Positions 41,474-50,205 of a stretch of 64,000 bases of DNA are shown here, in pieces. Made by a program: the position numbers and the translations under genes. The DNA lies in NCBI GenBank assembly GCA_035285865.1, contig JAYKHS010000027.1:1-64000 (forward strand), read 5' to 3'. Within the stretch, counting starts at the first letter, position 1, and each line of letters opens with the position of its first letter. The notes under the pieces were generated by a model. It searched no databases, had not been told where the DNA came from, and saw only the letters and a list, made by a program, of their open reading frames with translations. The stretch is from Candidatus Sericytochromatia bacterium (lineage in GTDB: Bacteria; Cyanobacteriota; Sericytochromatia; S15B-MN24; VGJW01).

Positions 41474-42826
41474 TCAGTCCGCCGGGGGCGGCTCGAAGCC
41501 GTAACGGAGGATACCGTCGCGCTGATCGGCGTCCGGAGGAAAGAGGCGAGCCAAGGCCGGAACCTCTGCCACCATCTTGTGCGCCCCGAGCACGGCCGAA
41601 ACGCGCCCGTCGAGGCGGCTCCAGACCGGCATCGACAGAATCCGGGCCGCCTGACCGACCGAACCCGAAACCAGTTCCTGCAGCAGGACACGCGCGACAT
41701 GAGCATCGGCCCGCGCCTCGAACAGCAGGTCGGCCAGCGCGCTGGCGCGAATGCGCGCCTCGGTGTCGGTTGCAAGGAGTGTGGCGAGGGCTTCCCGCTC
41801 CTTCGCCCGAAACGGATCCGAGACATCCGGTATCCACGCCAGATCGTCGAAGAGCGGCCCCTCTGACTCCGCTGGTGCCTCGTCTGCTTCCACTGCAGAT
41901 TCGCCTTGGGATGAGTCGAGGACGTCCTGATCGGCCTCATTCACCACGTTCACGACAGCCGATGCAGCCTCGGAAGGCTGGCCGGCCAGTGGAGGCATCC
42001 CATCGAGTCCCCCCAGCCCTCCCAACCCGGAAAGCCCGGGCAATGGATCCCCCAGACCAGGCAGCCCACTGCCGATACCGCCCAGGCCCCCGAGGCCGCC
42101 AAGCCCGCCCAGGCTACCGCCACCATCCAAGGACAAGGACGATTGCCCCTTGGGCTGGACCGATACTCCCTGCGTCGAGGCACCCGAACCAACGATCCCG
42201 CTCACATGGGCTGCGGCCGAGGAGCGGCCGGACTCCGCGGCTGCCTTGGGCAAGGCAGCCTGCGTCACCCTCCATGTCACGTCGTCCTCATTGGGCTGGT
42301 AAGGCACGTCGAGGACCTCTGCCAGCAGACGATGTACCACGGCGAGCTCCATGAGATGGAAGCGCAGTGATGCCAGATCGGCAACGGCATCCGCCTTGCG
42401 GTACGCCACCTTTTCCTGCGGATCATCCACCTGAATGCCATCCGCAAAATTGGTCTCCAGCGTCCGCAGGTCTTCGGTCATGTCCGCGACGCGCAGCAAG
42501 GCCTTGGTCTTCAGGTTCAGCTTCAACTCGATGCCGAGGTCCATGTGATGATGCCAGCGGACCAGTTCGGGCTGAGATGCATCGAGTGGATACGCCTCCT
42601 TCATGGCCCGAAATGAGGCGATCTCCTGTTCAAGCGTCCCGATGAACGCGTTCTGGGCCCCCATGGACTCCACGACTTTTTTCATCACGACGGCCTTGCG
42701 TCCTTCGGCCTTCTTGATGAGGACCTGAAGGTCCTGCCGACGGGCCTCGATGTAGGCTTCCTGCTCGCTCTCGGGCAAAGCCGAGAACTCCTCGACGGAC
42801 ATCAGGTTGGGAATGAGTTCGTTCAT
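41474..42826 (-). CDS. Hypothetical protein: coiled-coil N-terminus, Gly/Leu repeat linker, helical C-terminus
   Basis: Long ORF with typical codon usage; (GGL)n tract. Confidence 0.7.
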   Translation of the reverse strand: MNELIPNLMSVEEFSALPESEQEAYIEARRQDLQVLIKKAEGRKAVVMKKVVESMGAQNAFIGTLEQEIASFRAMKEAYPLDASQPELVRWHHHMDLGIELKLNLKTKALLRVADMTEDLRTLETNFADGIQVDDPQEKVAYRKADAVADLASLRFHLMELAVVHRLLAEVLDVPYQPNEDDVTWRVTQAALPKAAAESGRSSAAAHVSGIVGSGASTQGVSVQPKGQSSLSLDGGGSLGGLGGLGGLGGIGSGLPGLGDPLPGLSGLGGLGGLDGMPPLAGQPSEAASAVVNVVNEADQDVLDSSQGESAVEADEAPAESEGPLFDDLAWIPDVSDPFRAKEREALATLLATDTEARIRASALADLLFEARADAHVARVLLQELVSGSVGQAARILSMPVWSRLDGRVSAVLGAHKMVAEVPALARLFPPDADQRDGILRYGFEPPPAD

Positions 42827-43014
42827 GACCGAAGGGCCTGCATCAGTACAGCGACGTAGCGACAAGGGATGCATACCCGCGCAGGTGGACGGTGTTCACA
42901 ACAGGCGAACCGTGGAAGGCGATGCAGACGCCCCGCATGCGCAAATGACACGCCAGCCCCCAAAAGATGGAAGGGCGGGGCACGCGCCGGACGTGGCCCC
43001 GCCACGATCCCGGA

Positions 43015-43272
43015 TCAAGCGAACTGCGGCAGGAACCCGCCTGGAGCCGGCGGCTGCTGAGCCGCGGCGTTACGGGCCTGATCCTGCCGGGCCGTCATCT
43101 CCTCGACCTTGGCCGACATCTGCGAGAAAGCATCGAAGGCCCCTCCCAGCTGCTGGAAGATGCCCCCGATCTGCTGCATCTCAGGCACGAACTTGCCAAT
43201 GGCGTCGAAGATGCCGCCGAGGCCCTGCATGCCCTGTGAAATGCCACCGATGATGTTTGCGACCCCACCCTT
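43015..43272 (-). pseudogene. Paralog 1 of the small amphipathic protein family; ATG lost (AAG), possibly truncated or a sequence error
   Basis: Homology extends upstream of Met 43230 as GGVANIIGGISQG; GGACAAGGGT here versus GGACAATGGGT in paralog 2; RBS retained. Confidence 0.65.
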
Positions 43273-43476
43273 GTCCGTTTCCCCCTCCTGGATGACCAGA
43301 CGGCCCCCCGACCGCCTTCAGCCAAGTTTTTCTTGTCGCTCCTGAAGGACCCGGCACATCTACAATTCACGAGTCCTTCATCCCTTGCCGCAGGGCACGC
43401 GGGGTCGTGGCCTCCGCCAAGGATGGCAAAGCGGGGGCGGTCCATCCGGACCACCCCCGCCAAAGCCAAGACCCAA

Positions 43477-43740
43477 TCAGGCCGCAGCTGGCTGCTGCGC
43501 CGGCAAGGCAATCGGCGGCTTTGCGGCAACCTGCGCGTTGTTCTGCTGGTCACGCTCCTGGTTCATGGCATCCAGCTTGGCGGACATCTGCGCGAAGGCA
43601 TCGAAAGCCCCGCTGACCTGCTTGAACATGTCTCCGACCTGCTTCAGCTGCGGCACGAACTGACCGATGGCGTCGAAGATGCCACCGATGGCCTGGAGGC
43701 CCTGCTGAATCCCGCTTACGACGTTGGCGATACCACCCAT
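43477..43740 (-). CDS. Small amphipathic helical protein, paralog 2
   Basis: MGGIANVVSGIQQGLQAIGGIFDAIGQFVPQLKQVGDMFKQ; G-rich RBS; downstream hairpin at 43431-43460. Confidence 0.85.
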   Translation of the reverse strand: MGGIANVVSGIQQGLQAIGGIFDAIGQFVPQLKQVGDMFKQVSGAFDAFAQMSAKLDAMNQERDQQNNAQVAAKPPIALPAQQPAAA

Positions 43741-44116
43741 TGTCCTGTCCCCCCTTGCTCTCCGGCGCGCCCCCCGGCTGCACCGACCACAAGACGTTCA
43801 TCATCGATGTCGAGGTATCGGACGCCAGATTTCACGATTCATTGACCCCGCGGAGACAGAGGCGAAAAGGTACGCCGGGGTGCCCCGATCAGACCGGGCA
43901 TCCACGCGCTGTCGGCCAAGCCGCCACCGATGAGCGTCTCCTTGTCCCAGCGCGATCTCAAGGCTCTTCACAACCGCCCGCATCAGGATTAGGCCTGGCT
44001 TGGCGAACGCCCCCGTGCCAACGGGACCAGACCCCGAAACGTGCAAGAGGCGGGCAGTGTCCTCGGACACCACCCGCCCACTGACTACCGACCGGGTTTA
44101 CCCGCGTCGCCAGAAA

Positions 44117-44491
44117 CTACTTGCCCAAGGCCTTCAGAATGGCGGAGGGGTCGGTGTTGCCACCTTTGAGGAGGTCGAGAACACCATTGACCTTGCCACT
44201 GGCTTCCTGCACTTGCTGCAGGCTGGAAAAGCCAGATTCCGCGAGCGGATTCGGCTTGGCCGGCGCCGTTGCGGGCTTTGTCGCCGCACTGAGCGCCGCA
44301 TCTTTACCGCCCTCCTCACTGGCCGCCTTTTCGCCCATCTTGGCCATCACGTCGAAGGCACTGCTGGCCTGCTTGAACATGTCGCCGATCTGCTTGAACT
44401 GCGGCACGAACTGGCCGATGGCCTCAAAGACACCACCAATGGCCTTGATGCCCTGCTGGATACCACTGATGAGATTGGCAGCTCCACCCAT
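44117..44491 (-). CDS. Small amphipathic helical protein, paralog 3 (C-terminally extended)
   Basis: MGGAANLISGIQQGIKAIGGVFEAIGQFVPQFKQIGDMFKQ; AGAGGAG RBS; hairpin at 44049-44078. Confidence 0.85.
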   Translation of the reverse strand: MGGAANLISGIQQGIKAIGGVFEAIGQFVPQFKQIGDMFKQASSAFDVMAKMGEKAASEEGGKDAALSAATKPATAPAKPNPLAESGFSSLQQVQEASGKVNGVLDLLKGGNTDPSAILKALGK

Positions 44492-44686
44492 GTTCCGGCT
44501 CTCCTCTAATCTTCGGGTGCACCCTGGGCACCGCCTCTGGTTACTTGTTGCCCGACTTCTGCACCTTTTCGCTAAATTTCACATCCGGCTAATCAGCCAT
44601 CACGAAAATCAGACACAAGGTCCACCCCAAAGTCCGACGGGGGTGGCCCCCCGACCACCCCCGCCAAGCCTTGCGAGCGAAACCAA

Positions 44687-44953
44687 TCAGGCCGCTGCCG
44701 CTTGCGGTGCAAGCGCTTGCGGCTGAGGCGGCCTGGCAGCCACCTGGGCGTTATTCTGCTGATCCCGCTCCTGGTTCATCGCGTCCAGCTTCGCGGACAT
44801 CTGAGCGAAGGCATCGAAAGCCCCGCTGGCCTGCTTGAACATGTCGCCGACCTGCTTGAGCTGCGGCACGAACTGGCCGATGGCGTCGAGCACGCCACCG
44901 ATGGCCTGAAGGCCCTGCTGAATGCCGCTGACGACGTTTGCAATACCACCCAT
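44687..44953 (-). CDS. Small amphipathic helical protein, paralog 4
   Basis: Near-identical to paralog 2; hairpin at 44638-44663. Confidence 0.85.
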   Translation of the reverse strand: MGGIANVVSGIQQGLQAIGGVLDAIGQFVPQLKQVGDMFKQASGAFDAFAQMSAKLDAMNQERDQQNNAQVAARPPQPQALAPQAAAA

Positions 44954-45078
44954 GGTCCGATTCCCCCGATACGTTTTCGGGACGCCCCCCGGGCCTCCCC
45001 ACCCCACACTCGGGTCATCGCCTCGGTCCGCCGCGTGCGCGCAAGATTTCACATCGTCTTCATCCTGCTGCAGGAGAG

Positions 45079-46860
45079 TCAGGACAAGGGTGCCGGGTCG
45101 GCCAACCGACGTGCCAGCTCCTCCTCTGCCAGATTCGCGAAGTCCTTGAGCAATCGGACGTCCTCATCCGAAAACCTCCGGGGCTGGACGTGCATCAGGC
45201 AGAGGGTGCCGACCGCCCAGCCATCCGCATCCCTGAGCGGCACGCCAGCATAGAAGCGAAGGCGCCTTTCGGTGTAGGCAGGATTGTCGCCATGCTGAGG
45301 ATCCGCAGCCAAATCCTCGATGATCAGGGGATCCTCGCGCAAGATGGCGTGGGCACAGAGCGAGACGTCCCGAGCACACTCGGATGCCAGGTATGCCGAG
45401 GGCGTCTTGAACCACTGGCGATCCGAATCGATCAGGCTCACGACGGCCACCGGGACGCCGAAGGCACGGCGCACGAGGCGTGTCAGCCTCTCGAAGCGCT
45501 CGTCGGCCGGCGTGTCGAGCAAGCCCAGCGCAGCCACGCCCTTCAAGCGCAGAACCTCCTGGTCCGGCAAAGGTGCTCGCGTCCAGCGAGGCTGCCGATG
45601 CATCATCCAGGCCTCGACGCGCGCACGCAGGTATTGCGTCGAGCAAGGCCACGTCACGACATCCAGCACGTGGTCACGATCCGTCTGCGTCAACCAGGCA
45701 CGCTCCTGAGCCTCGGGAAGGATCACGACACCCGGATGACCGGTCACGACGGGCCAGGCCGAAGGCGACACAATCCAGACAGCCCCGGCGTCAATCGTGC
45801 CGGACGGGACCGGAGCTTCACGACAGATGATGCCGCATTGCCCGAGGACCGCCGCGACGACACTGCGTATCTCCGGCTCATCGACGGCGAGCACGACCTC
45901 CGGGGGGTGGGTCGGGGAAGACAAGCGCGAGCGGAGAACACGTCGAACCTCGACCGAAGGTGCTTCCGGTGCCTCCCCGGTCCGCTCGACCACGAGAGTG
46001 GCTCCCTCCGCTGCAGCCACGATCTCGCAGGTGGAACCCGACTGACGGGCCAGGTCCCTCGCGCGCCCCAACAGCGCGTCCACGCCGTCATCGGAGCGCA
46101 TCGGGTCATGGTGGAACAGAGCCAGCTTACCGACACCTGCGGCGACGGCCACATCCACGACGTACTCGACGGTACTGTGCCCCCAGCCCGCACGCCCTCC
46201 ATACTCCTCCGCCAGGTACTGCGCATCGTGGATCAGCAAATCTGCTCCAGCCACGAAGGCCACGTGCCTCCGGTCTCCCGGGTGCACGAATCCGGCGGGC
46301 GATTCCGCAGGGACCGCCGTCGCATGCGCATGCGGCTCGTGATCCGTCGCGTAGACCAGCGAGGCGCCGCGACACTCGAGCCGGTAGGCCAGGGTCGCCG
46401 CGGGATGGTTGAGACTCATGGTCGACACGGAAACATCATCGATGGTCAGTCGTTCCTCCCGAAGCTCGTGGAAGCGGATGCGAGAGCCGAGTTGGTCAAG
46501 GCTCACGGGAAAGTAGGCATATTCCATCTGGCCGGCGAGTACATCACGCAGTTCCTGGCCAAACCCGGCGGGCGCATAGACGTCCCAGGAGTTTCCATTC
46601 GCGAAAAGCGGAGCAAAGAAAGGAATCCCCTGGATGTGGTCCCAGTGCGTGTGTCCAATAAGGAGATGGCCCCTGATCGGGCCTTTTTGCTGAGCCAGCA
46701 AATGTTGACCAAGGCCGTGGAGACCCGTTCCGGCGTCCAGAATCAGCAAGGTTCCACCGTCGCTCATAACCTGCACGCAGGAGGTGTTGCCTCCGTAGCG
46801 AATGGTGGCAGCCCCCGGCTTGGCGATGGAGCCACGGGTGCCCCAGAACGTCACTTCCAA
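45079..46860 (-). CDS. MBL-fold metallohydrolase fused to a degenerate REC-like domain and a C-terminal GAF domain
   Basis: FWGTRGS, YGGNTSC, LDAGTG, HTHWDHIQG, GWGHS and FHHDP motifs; GAF motif LLDTPADERFERL..RFYAGVPL. Confidence 0.85.
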   Translation of the reverse strand: MEVTFWGTRGSIAKPGAATIRYGGNTSCVQVMSDGGTLLILDAGTGLHGLGQHLLAQQKGPIRGHLLIGHTHWDHIQGIPFFAPLFANGNSWDVYAPAGFGQELRDVLAGQMEYAYFPVSLDQLGSRIRFHELREERLTIDDVSVSTMSLNHPAATLAYRLECRGASLVYATDHEPHAHATAVPAESPAGFVHPGDRRHVAFVAGADLLIHDAQYLAEEYGGRAGWGHSTVEYVVDVAVAAGVGKLALFHHDPMRSDDGVDALLGRARDLARQSGSTCEIVAAAEGATLVVERTGEAPEAPSVEVRRVLRSRLSSPTHPPEVVLAVDEPEIRSVVAAVLGQCGIICREAPVPSGTIDAGAVWIVSPSAWPVVTGHPGVVILPEAQERAWLTQTDRDHVLDVVTWPCSTQYLRARVEAWMMHRQPRWTRAPLPDQEVLRLKGVAALGLLDTPADERFERLTRLVRRAFGVPVAVVSLIDSDRQWFKTPSAYLASECARDVSLCAHAILREDPLIIEDLAADPQHGDNPAYTERRLRFYAGVPLRDADGWAVGTLCLMHVQPRRFSDEDVRLLKDFANLAEEELARRLADPAPLS

Positions 46861-47016
46861 CTTGTCTCTCCTGCGTCGCCCACGGGTACCTTCCCAAGCT
46901 GCCGAGTCCATGCGCGGCGGTCAGCTGGCCCAGACCTGCAGGCATCATGCCACGTGCAGGCGCAAGGCTCTGTCACCCGAAAACCTGGCAAGGCACTCAC
47001 CCCTGTACGGTCTGAC

Positions 47017-48564
47017 TCAAGGGGTCAAGCCGATCCCCGCGAAGCGGATGCCGGCAAGATCAGCCATGTCCCGCTTCCAAGTGGTCAGATCCCCTGCATT
47101 GAAGCGTTGCAGGTCATCGTGGCCGCAAGCACGCGCCATGACCTGCATCAAGGAGACGCTGGCCTCGAGGAAGCGCTGCAAACGCAGCCCGCCATTGGCA
47201 ACGTCGAGTCGAGCACGCAGTTCGGGCTTCTGGGTCGCGATACCGGCAGGGCAGAGGTTCGTATGGCACATGCGGGCCCCCACGCAACCGATGGCCTGGA
47301 TGGCAGCGTTTGCGAGGGCCACCCCATTGGCTCCGAGCGCCAACGCCTTGACGAAGTCAGCAGGTGTCCTGAGCCCACCGGTCACGATCAAGGTCACGTC
47401 TGTCGCCCCGCGACGATCAAGATGACGACGCGCACGCGCCAGCGCCGGGATTGTCGGCACGGAAATGTTGTCCCGGAACAGCAGCGGTGCAGCCCCGGTC
47501 CCGCCGCCTCGGCCATCGAGGATGATGTAGTCCACCCCGACGTCGAGCGCGAAGTCGAGATCCGCCTCTATGTGGTTGGCCGAGAGCTTGAATCCCACGG
47601 GAATGCCCCCGGACCGCTCGCGCACGTGCGCTGCCATGGCCCGGAAATCCTCGACCGTCCTCAGGTCGGTGAACGTGGCGGGCGAAATGGCATCCTTGCC
47701 TTCCGGCACCCCGCGGACACCGGCAATCCTGCTGGTAACCTTCGCGCCGGGCAGATGCCCCCCTGTGCCGGTCTTGGCACCTTGTCCCCCCTTGAAGTGG
47801 AAGGCCTGCACGCGCCCGAGCACATCCTCGCGATAGCCGAACTGCGCGGAGCCCAGTTCGAAGAAGTAGCGACTGTTCGCCTCCTGCTCCTCAGGCAACA
47901 TGCCCCCCTCGCCGGAGCAGATGCCCGTCCCGGCCAGTTCTGCACCCCGGGCAAGCGCGACCTTGGCCTCTTCGGACAACGATCCGAAGCTCATGTCGGA
48001 GACCAGCAACGGGATGGCGAGGCGCAAGGGCTTCTTTGCGCCGGGGCCGACGATGAGCTCCGTCGCGACCGGAACTTCATCCAGCAAGGGCTTGCGGGCG
48101 ACCTGAGCAACGAGGATCTGGATATCCTGCCACGCCGGAAGCAGATGTCCGGGCACCCCCATGGCATCCACGGGACCGTGATGGCCCACCTTGGAGAGGC
48201 CGTGCAGGGACAGTTCGTGGATGAATGCCACGTGAGGTTCCTCAGGTGTCGGCTGAGCCACCGGAAGGGTGCCGGAAGGCGACGCTGCGGTGGCTGGTGG
48301 TGCTGAGGACGCAGTCGGCGGGATCCGGTTGTGGCTGCCGTCGCAAAAGGGTGGCGCACCGGTCTGCTTGCACATGCAAAGCCAGACCTCCTCGTCACGA
48401 GCAGCCGTGAAGGGAACAGGAACAATACCCGTGCCCCGATGCGACCCGTCGCAGAACGGCTGGTCCTTGGAACGGCCGCACGCGCACCAGTAAAGCGTCT
48501 CACCGGCCTTGACGGGCACGGAAACAGGCTTCAGGCCAGCAACGACGGGCTTCGATTCGGACAT
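47017..48564 (-). CDS. FMN-binding glutamate synthase family protein with two N-terminal CDGSH [2Fe-2S] domains
   Basis: WCACGRSKDQPFCDGSH, LCMCKQT..PFCDGSH, MSFGSLS, GQGAKTGTGG and CVGARMCHTNLCPAG motifs. Confidence 0.92.
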   Translation of the reverse strand: MSESKPVVAGLKPVSVPVKAGETLYWCACGRSKDQPFCDGSHRGTGIVPVPFTAARDEEVWLCMCKQTGAPPFCDGSHNRIPPTASSAPPATAASPSGTLPVAQPTPEEPHVAFIHELSLHGLSKVGHHGPVDAMGVPGHLLPAWQDIQILVAQVARKPLLDEVPVATELIVGPGAKKPLRLAIPLLVSDMSFGSLSEEAKVALARGAELAGTGICSGEGGMLPEEQEANSRYFFELGSAQFGYREDVLGRVQAFHFKGGQGAKTGTGGHLPGAKVTSRIAGVRGVPEGKDAISPATFTDLRTVEDFRAMAAHVRERSGGIPVGFKLSANHIEADLDFALDVGVDYIILDGRGGGTGAAPLLFRDNISVPTIPALARARRHLDRRGATDVTLIVTGGLRTPADFVKALALGANGVALANAAIQAIGCVGARMCHTNLCPAGIATQKPELRARLDVANGGLRLQRFLEASVSLMQVMARACGHDDLQRFNAGDLTTWKRDMADLAGIRFAGIGLTP

Positions 48565-48775
48565 CCATCCCCCTTGCGGCAAAGCCGCGTGGCATCCCGT
48601 CACCACGAGCCACACCGGGCGGCCACGGGCGACGCTCAAGAGCCTACCGCAAAGAACATGCGACGGCCAAGGTGCGCGGAATCCACGCGGCCGAGGGACA
48701 TCCATCCGGGCACTTGACGCCTGCCGAACACCTCGCTAGCCTGCCTGACGTTTCCATCACCTGCAGGAGGCTCCC

Positions 48776-49237
48776 TTGAACAAGGCAATCATCGGTACCT
48801 GGCTGGCCGCGGCAATCGTCACATGCGCGGGCACCGCCGCACGCGCCTCCGGCCACGAGAAGCATCCGGCAAAGCACGATGCCGCGAAACATCAGGCGGC
48901 CAAGCACGATGCCGGCGCCAAGCACGCCGAGCCGGCGGTCTTCGCACACGGCATGCTCGTCGACCACCACGGCATGACGCTGTACACCTTCGATCCGGAT
49001 GTGGCGAACTCGGGCAAGAGTGTCTGCAACGACGGCTGCATCGCGGCCTGGCCTGCCCTGGTCGCCGGCAAGAACGACAAGGCCGTGGGCAAGTTCTCCG
49101 TGGTCACGCGCGACGACGGCTCGCATCAGTGGGCCTACGAGGGCAAGCCGCTCTACCTGTGGGTTCAGGACAAGAAGGCCGGTGACGTGACGGGCGACGG
49201 TTTCAACAAGATCTGGCACATCGTCAAGCAACACTGA
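48776..49237 (+). CDS. Secreted COG4315 / Lipoprotein_15 repeat protein
   Basis: Signal peptide; GMTLYTFDPD, CNDGCIAAWP, QWAYEGKPLY..D..GDVTGDG motifs. Confidence 0.88.
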   Translation: MNKAIIGTWLAAAIVTCAGTAARASGHEKHPAKHDAAKHQAAKHDAGAKHAEPAVFAHGMLVDHHGMTLYTFDPDVANSGKSVCNDGCIAAWPALVAGKNDKAVGKFSVVTRDDGSHQWAYEGKPLYLWVQDKKAGDVTGDGFNKIWHIVKQH

Positions 49238-49377
49238 ACCTGCCGCGAACCTCGGCCGGGACGACGTCGGAGAACTTCCGAACGTTGTCCCGGACTTTGT
49301 CCGGGTGCCTCGAAGATTTCATGAAAATCTTGGCCACCGTCGGGCATGACTTCCTTGTCCTGATTCCGGAGTACCTC

Positions 49378-50157
49378 ATGAAGCGCATCAAGTGGCTGAC
49401 CGCATCCCTGCTGGGCACCGCGCTCGCAGCGCCGGCCTCTGCGGAAGAAATGCCCGGCGTCCTGCCCGGCCTCGAGAAGGCCCCGCCGTTCGTCGCGGAG
49501 GTGGAGGTCCACAATGCCCAGGCCAAGGGAGTGGTCTATCGCCTGAACTACGTCCCCGGACGGATGCGCCTCGAATCGTTGTCCGGCACGCCGAACGGCG
49601 AACATCAGGTCATCATCAGCGACCTCGTGGGTCACGTCTCCTATGTGGAGGTCTTCGGATCGTGGTACCGGGTCCGTAACGACGCCCTTGGCATGGGTGG
49701 CCTGAGCTACGGCCAGACCGGCGGCTTCAGGAGCCGCAAATTGGGCCGCAAGACCGTCGAAGGCCGCCTTTGCGAAGGCACCGAACTGACGAGTCCCGAC
49801 GGCCGCACCCGTGTCGAGCAGTGGCTCTGGAACAACATGCCGGTACTGGCCACCGTGCACCAGGCCTCAGGCGTGACCACGGCCAAGTATCGCTCGTTGA
49901 CCGCGCAGCGGACCCCGGATTCCTGGTTCCAGGTCCCTGCCGGCGCGCGGGTCGAAGACCTGTCCATTCCGGGGGCACCCGGAGGCAGTGGGTCAGGAGG
50001 CATGTCGTCCATGCCAGCGATGCCGGCAATGCCCCCGGGCTACGCGATGCCGCAGGGCATGCCCCAGGGCGGCGGCCAGGACATGGCCCAGCTCCAGAAC
50101 ATGCTCAGGCAATTGCAGCAGAACGCCAACCCCGAGTACGTGGCACCCGTCGACTGA
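49378..50157 (+). CDS. Secreted hypothetical protein (DUF4412-like) with a Met/Pro/Gly/Gln-rich tail
   Basis: Signal peptide ending ASA; LGRKTVEGRLC and PDSWFQVPAG. Confidence 0.6.
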   Translation: MKRIKWLTASLLGTALAAPASAEEMPGVLPGLEKAPPFVAEVEVHNAQAKGVVYRLNYVPGRMRLESLSGTPNGEHQVIISDLVGHVSYVEVFGSWYRVRNDALGMGGLSYGQTGGFRSRKLGRKTVEGRLCEGTELTSPDGRTRVEQWLWNNMPVLATVHQASGVTTAKYRSLTAQRTPDSWFQVPAGARVEDLSIPGAPGGSGSGGMSSMPAMPAMPPGYAMPQGMPQGGGQDMAQLQNMLRQLQQNANPEYVAPVD

Positions 50158-50205
50158 TCGGCCCGGATGACAGCGGGGCCGCCTGCGGTTCATCATGGAG
50201 TCATC

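Noticed and set aside
42960..45060. Repeated sequence that might be a CRISPR array
   Set aside because: The repeats are paralogous coding sequences with synonymous variation; there is no repeat-spacer structure and no cas gene
44938..48306. 1122-aa plus-strand ORF
   Set aside because: Antisense shadow of the MBL-GAF and glutamate-synthase-family genes; no recognisable motifs, and such shadows are expected in high-GC DNA
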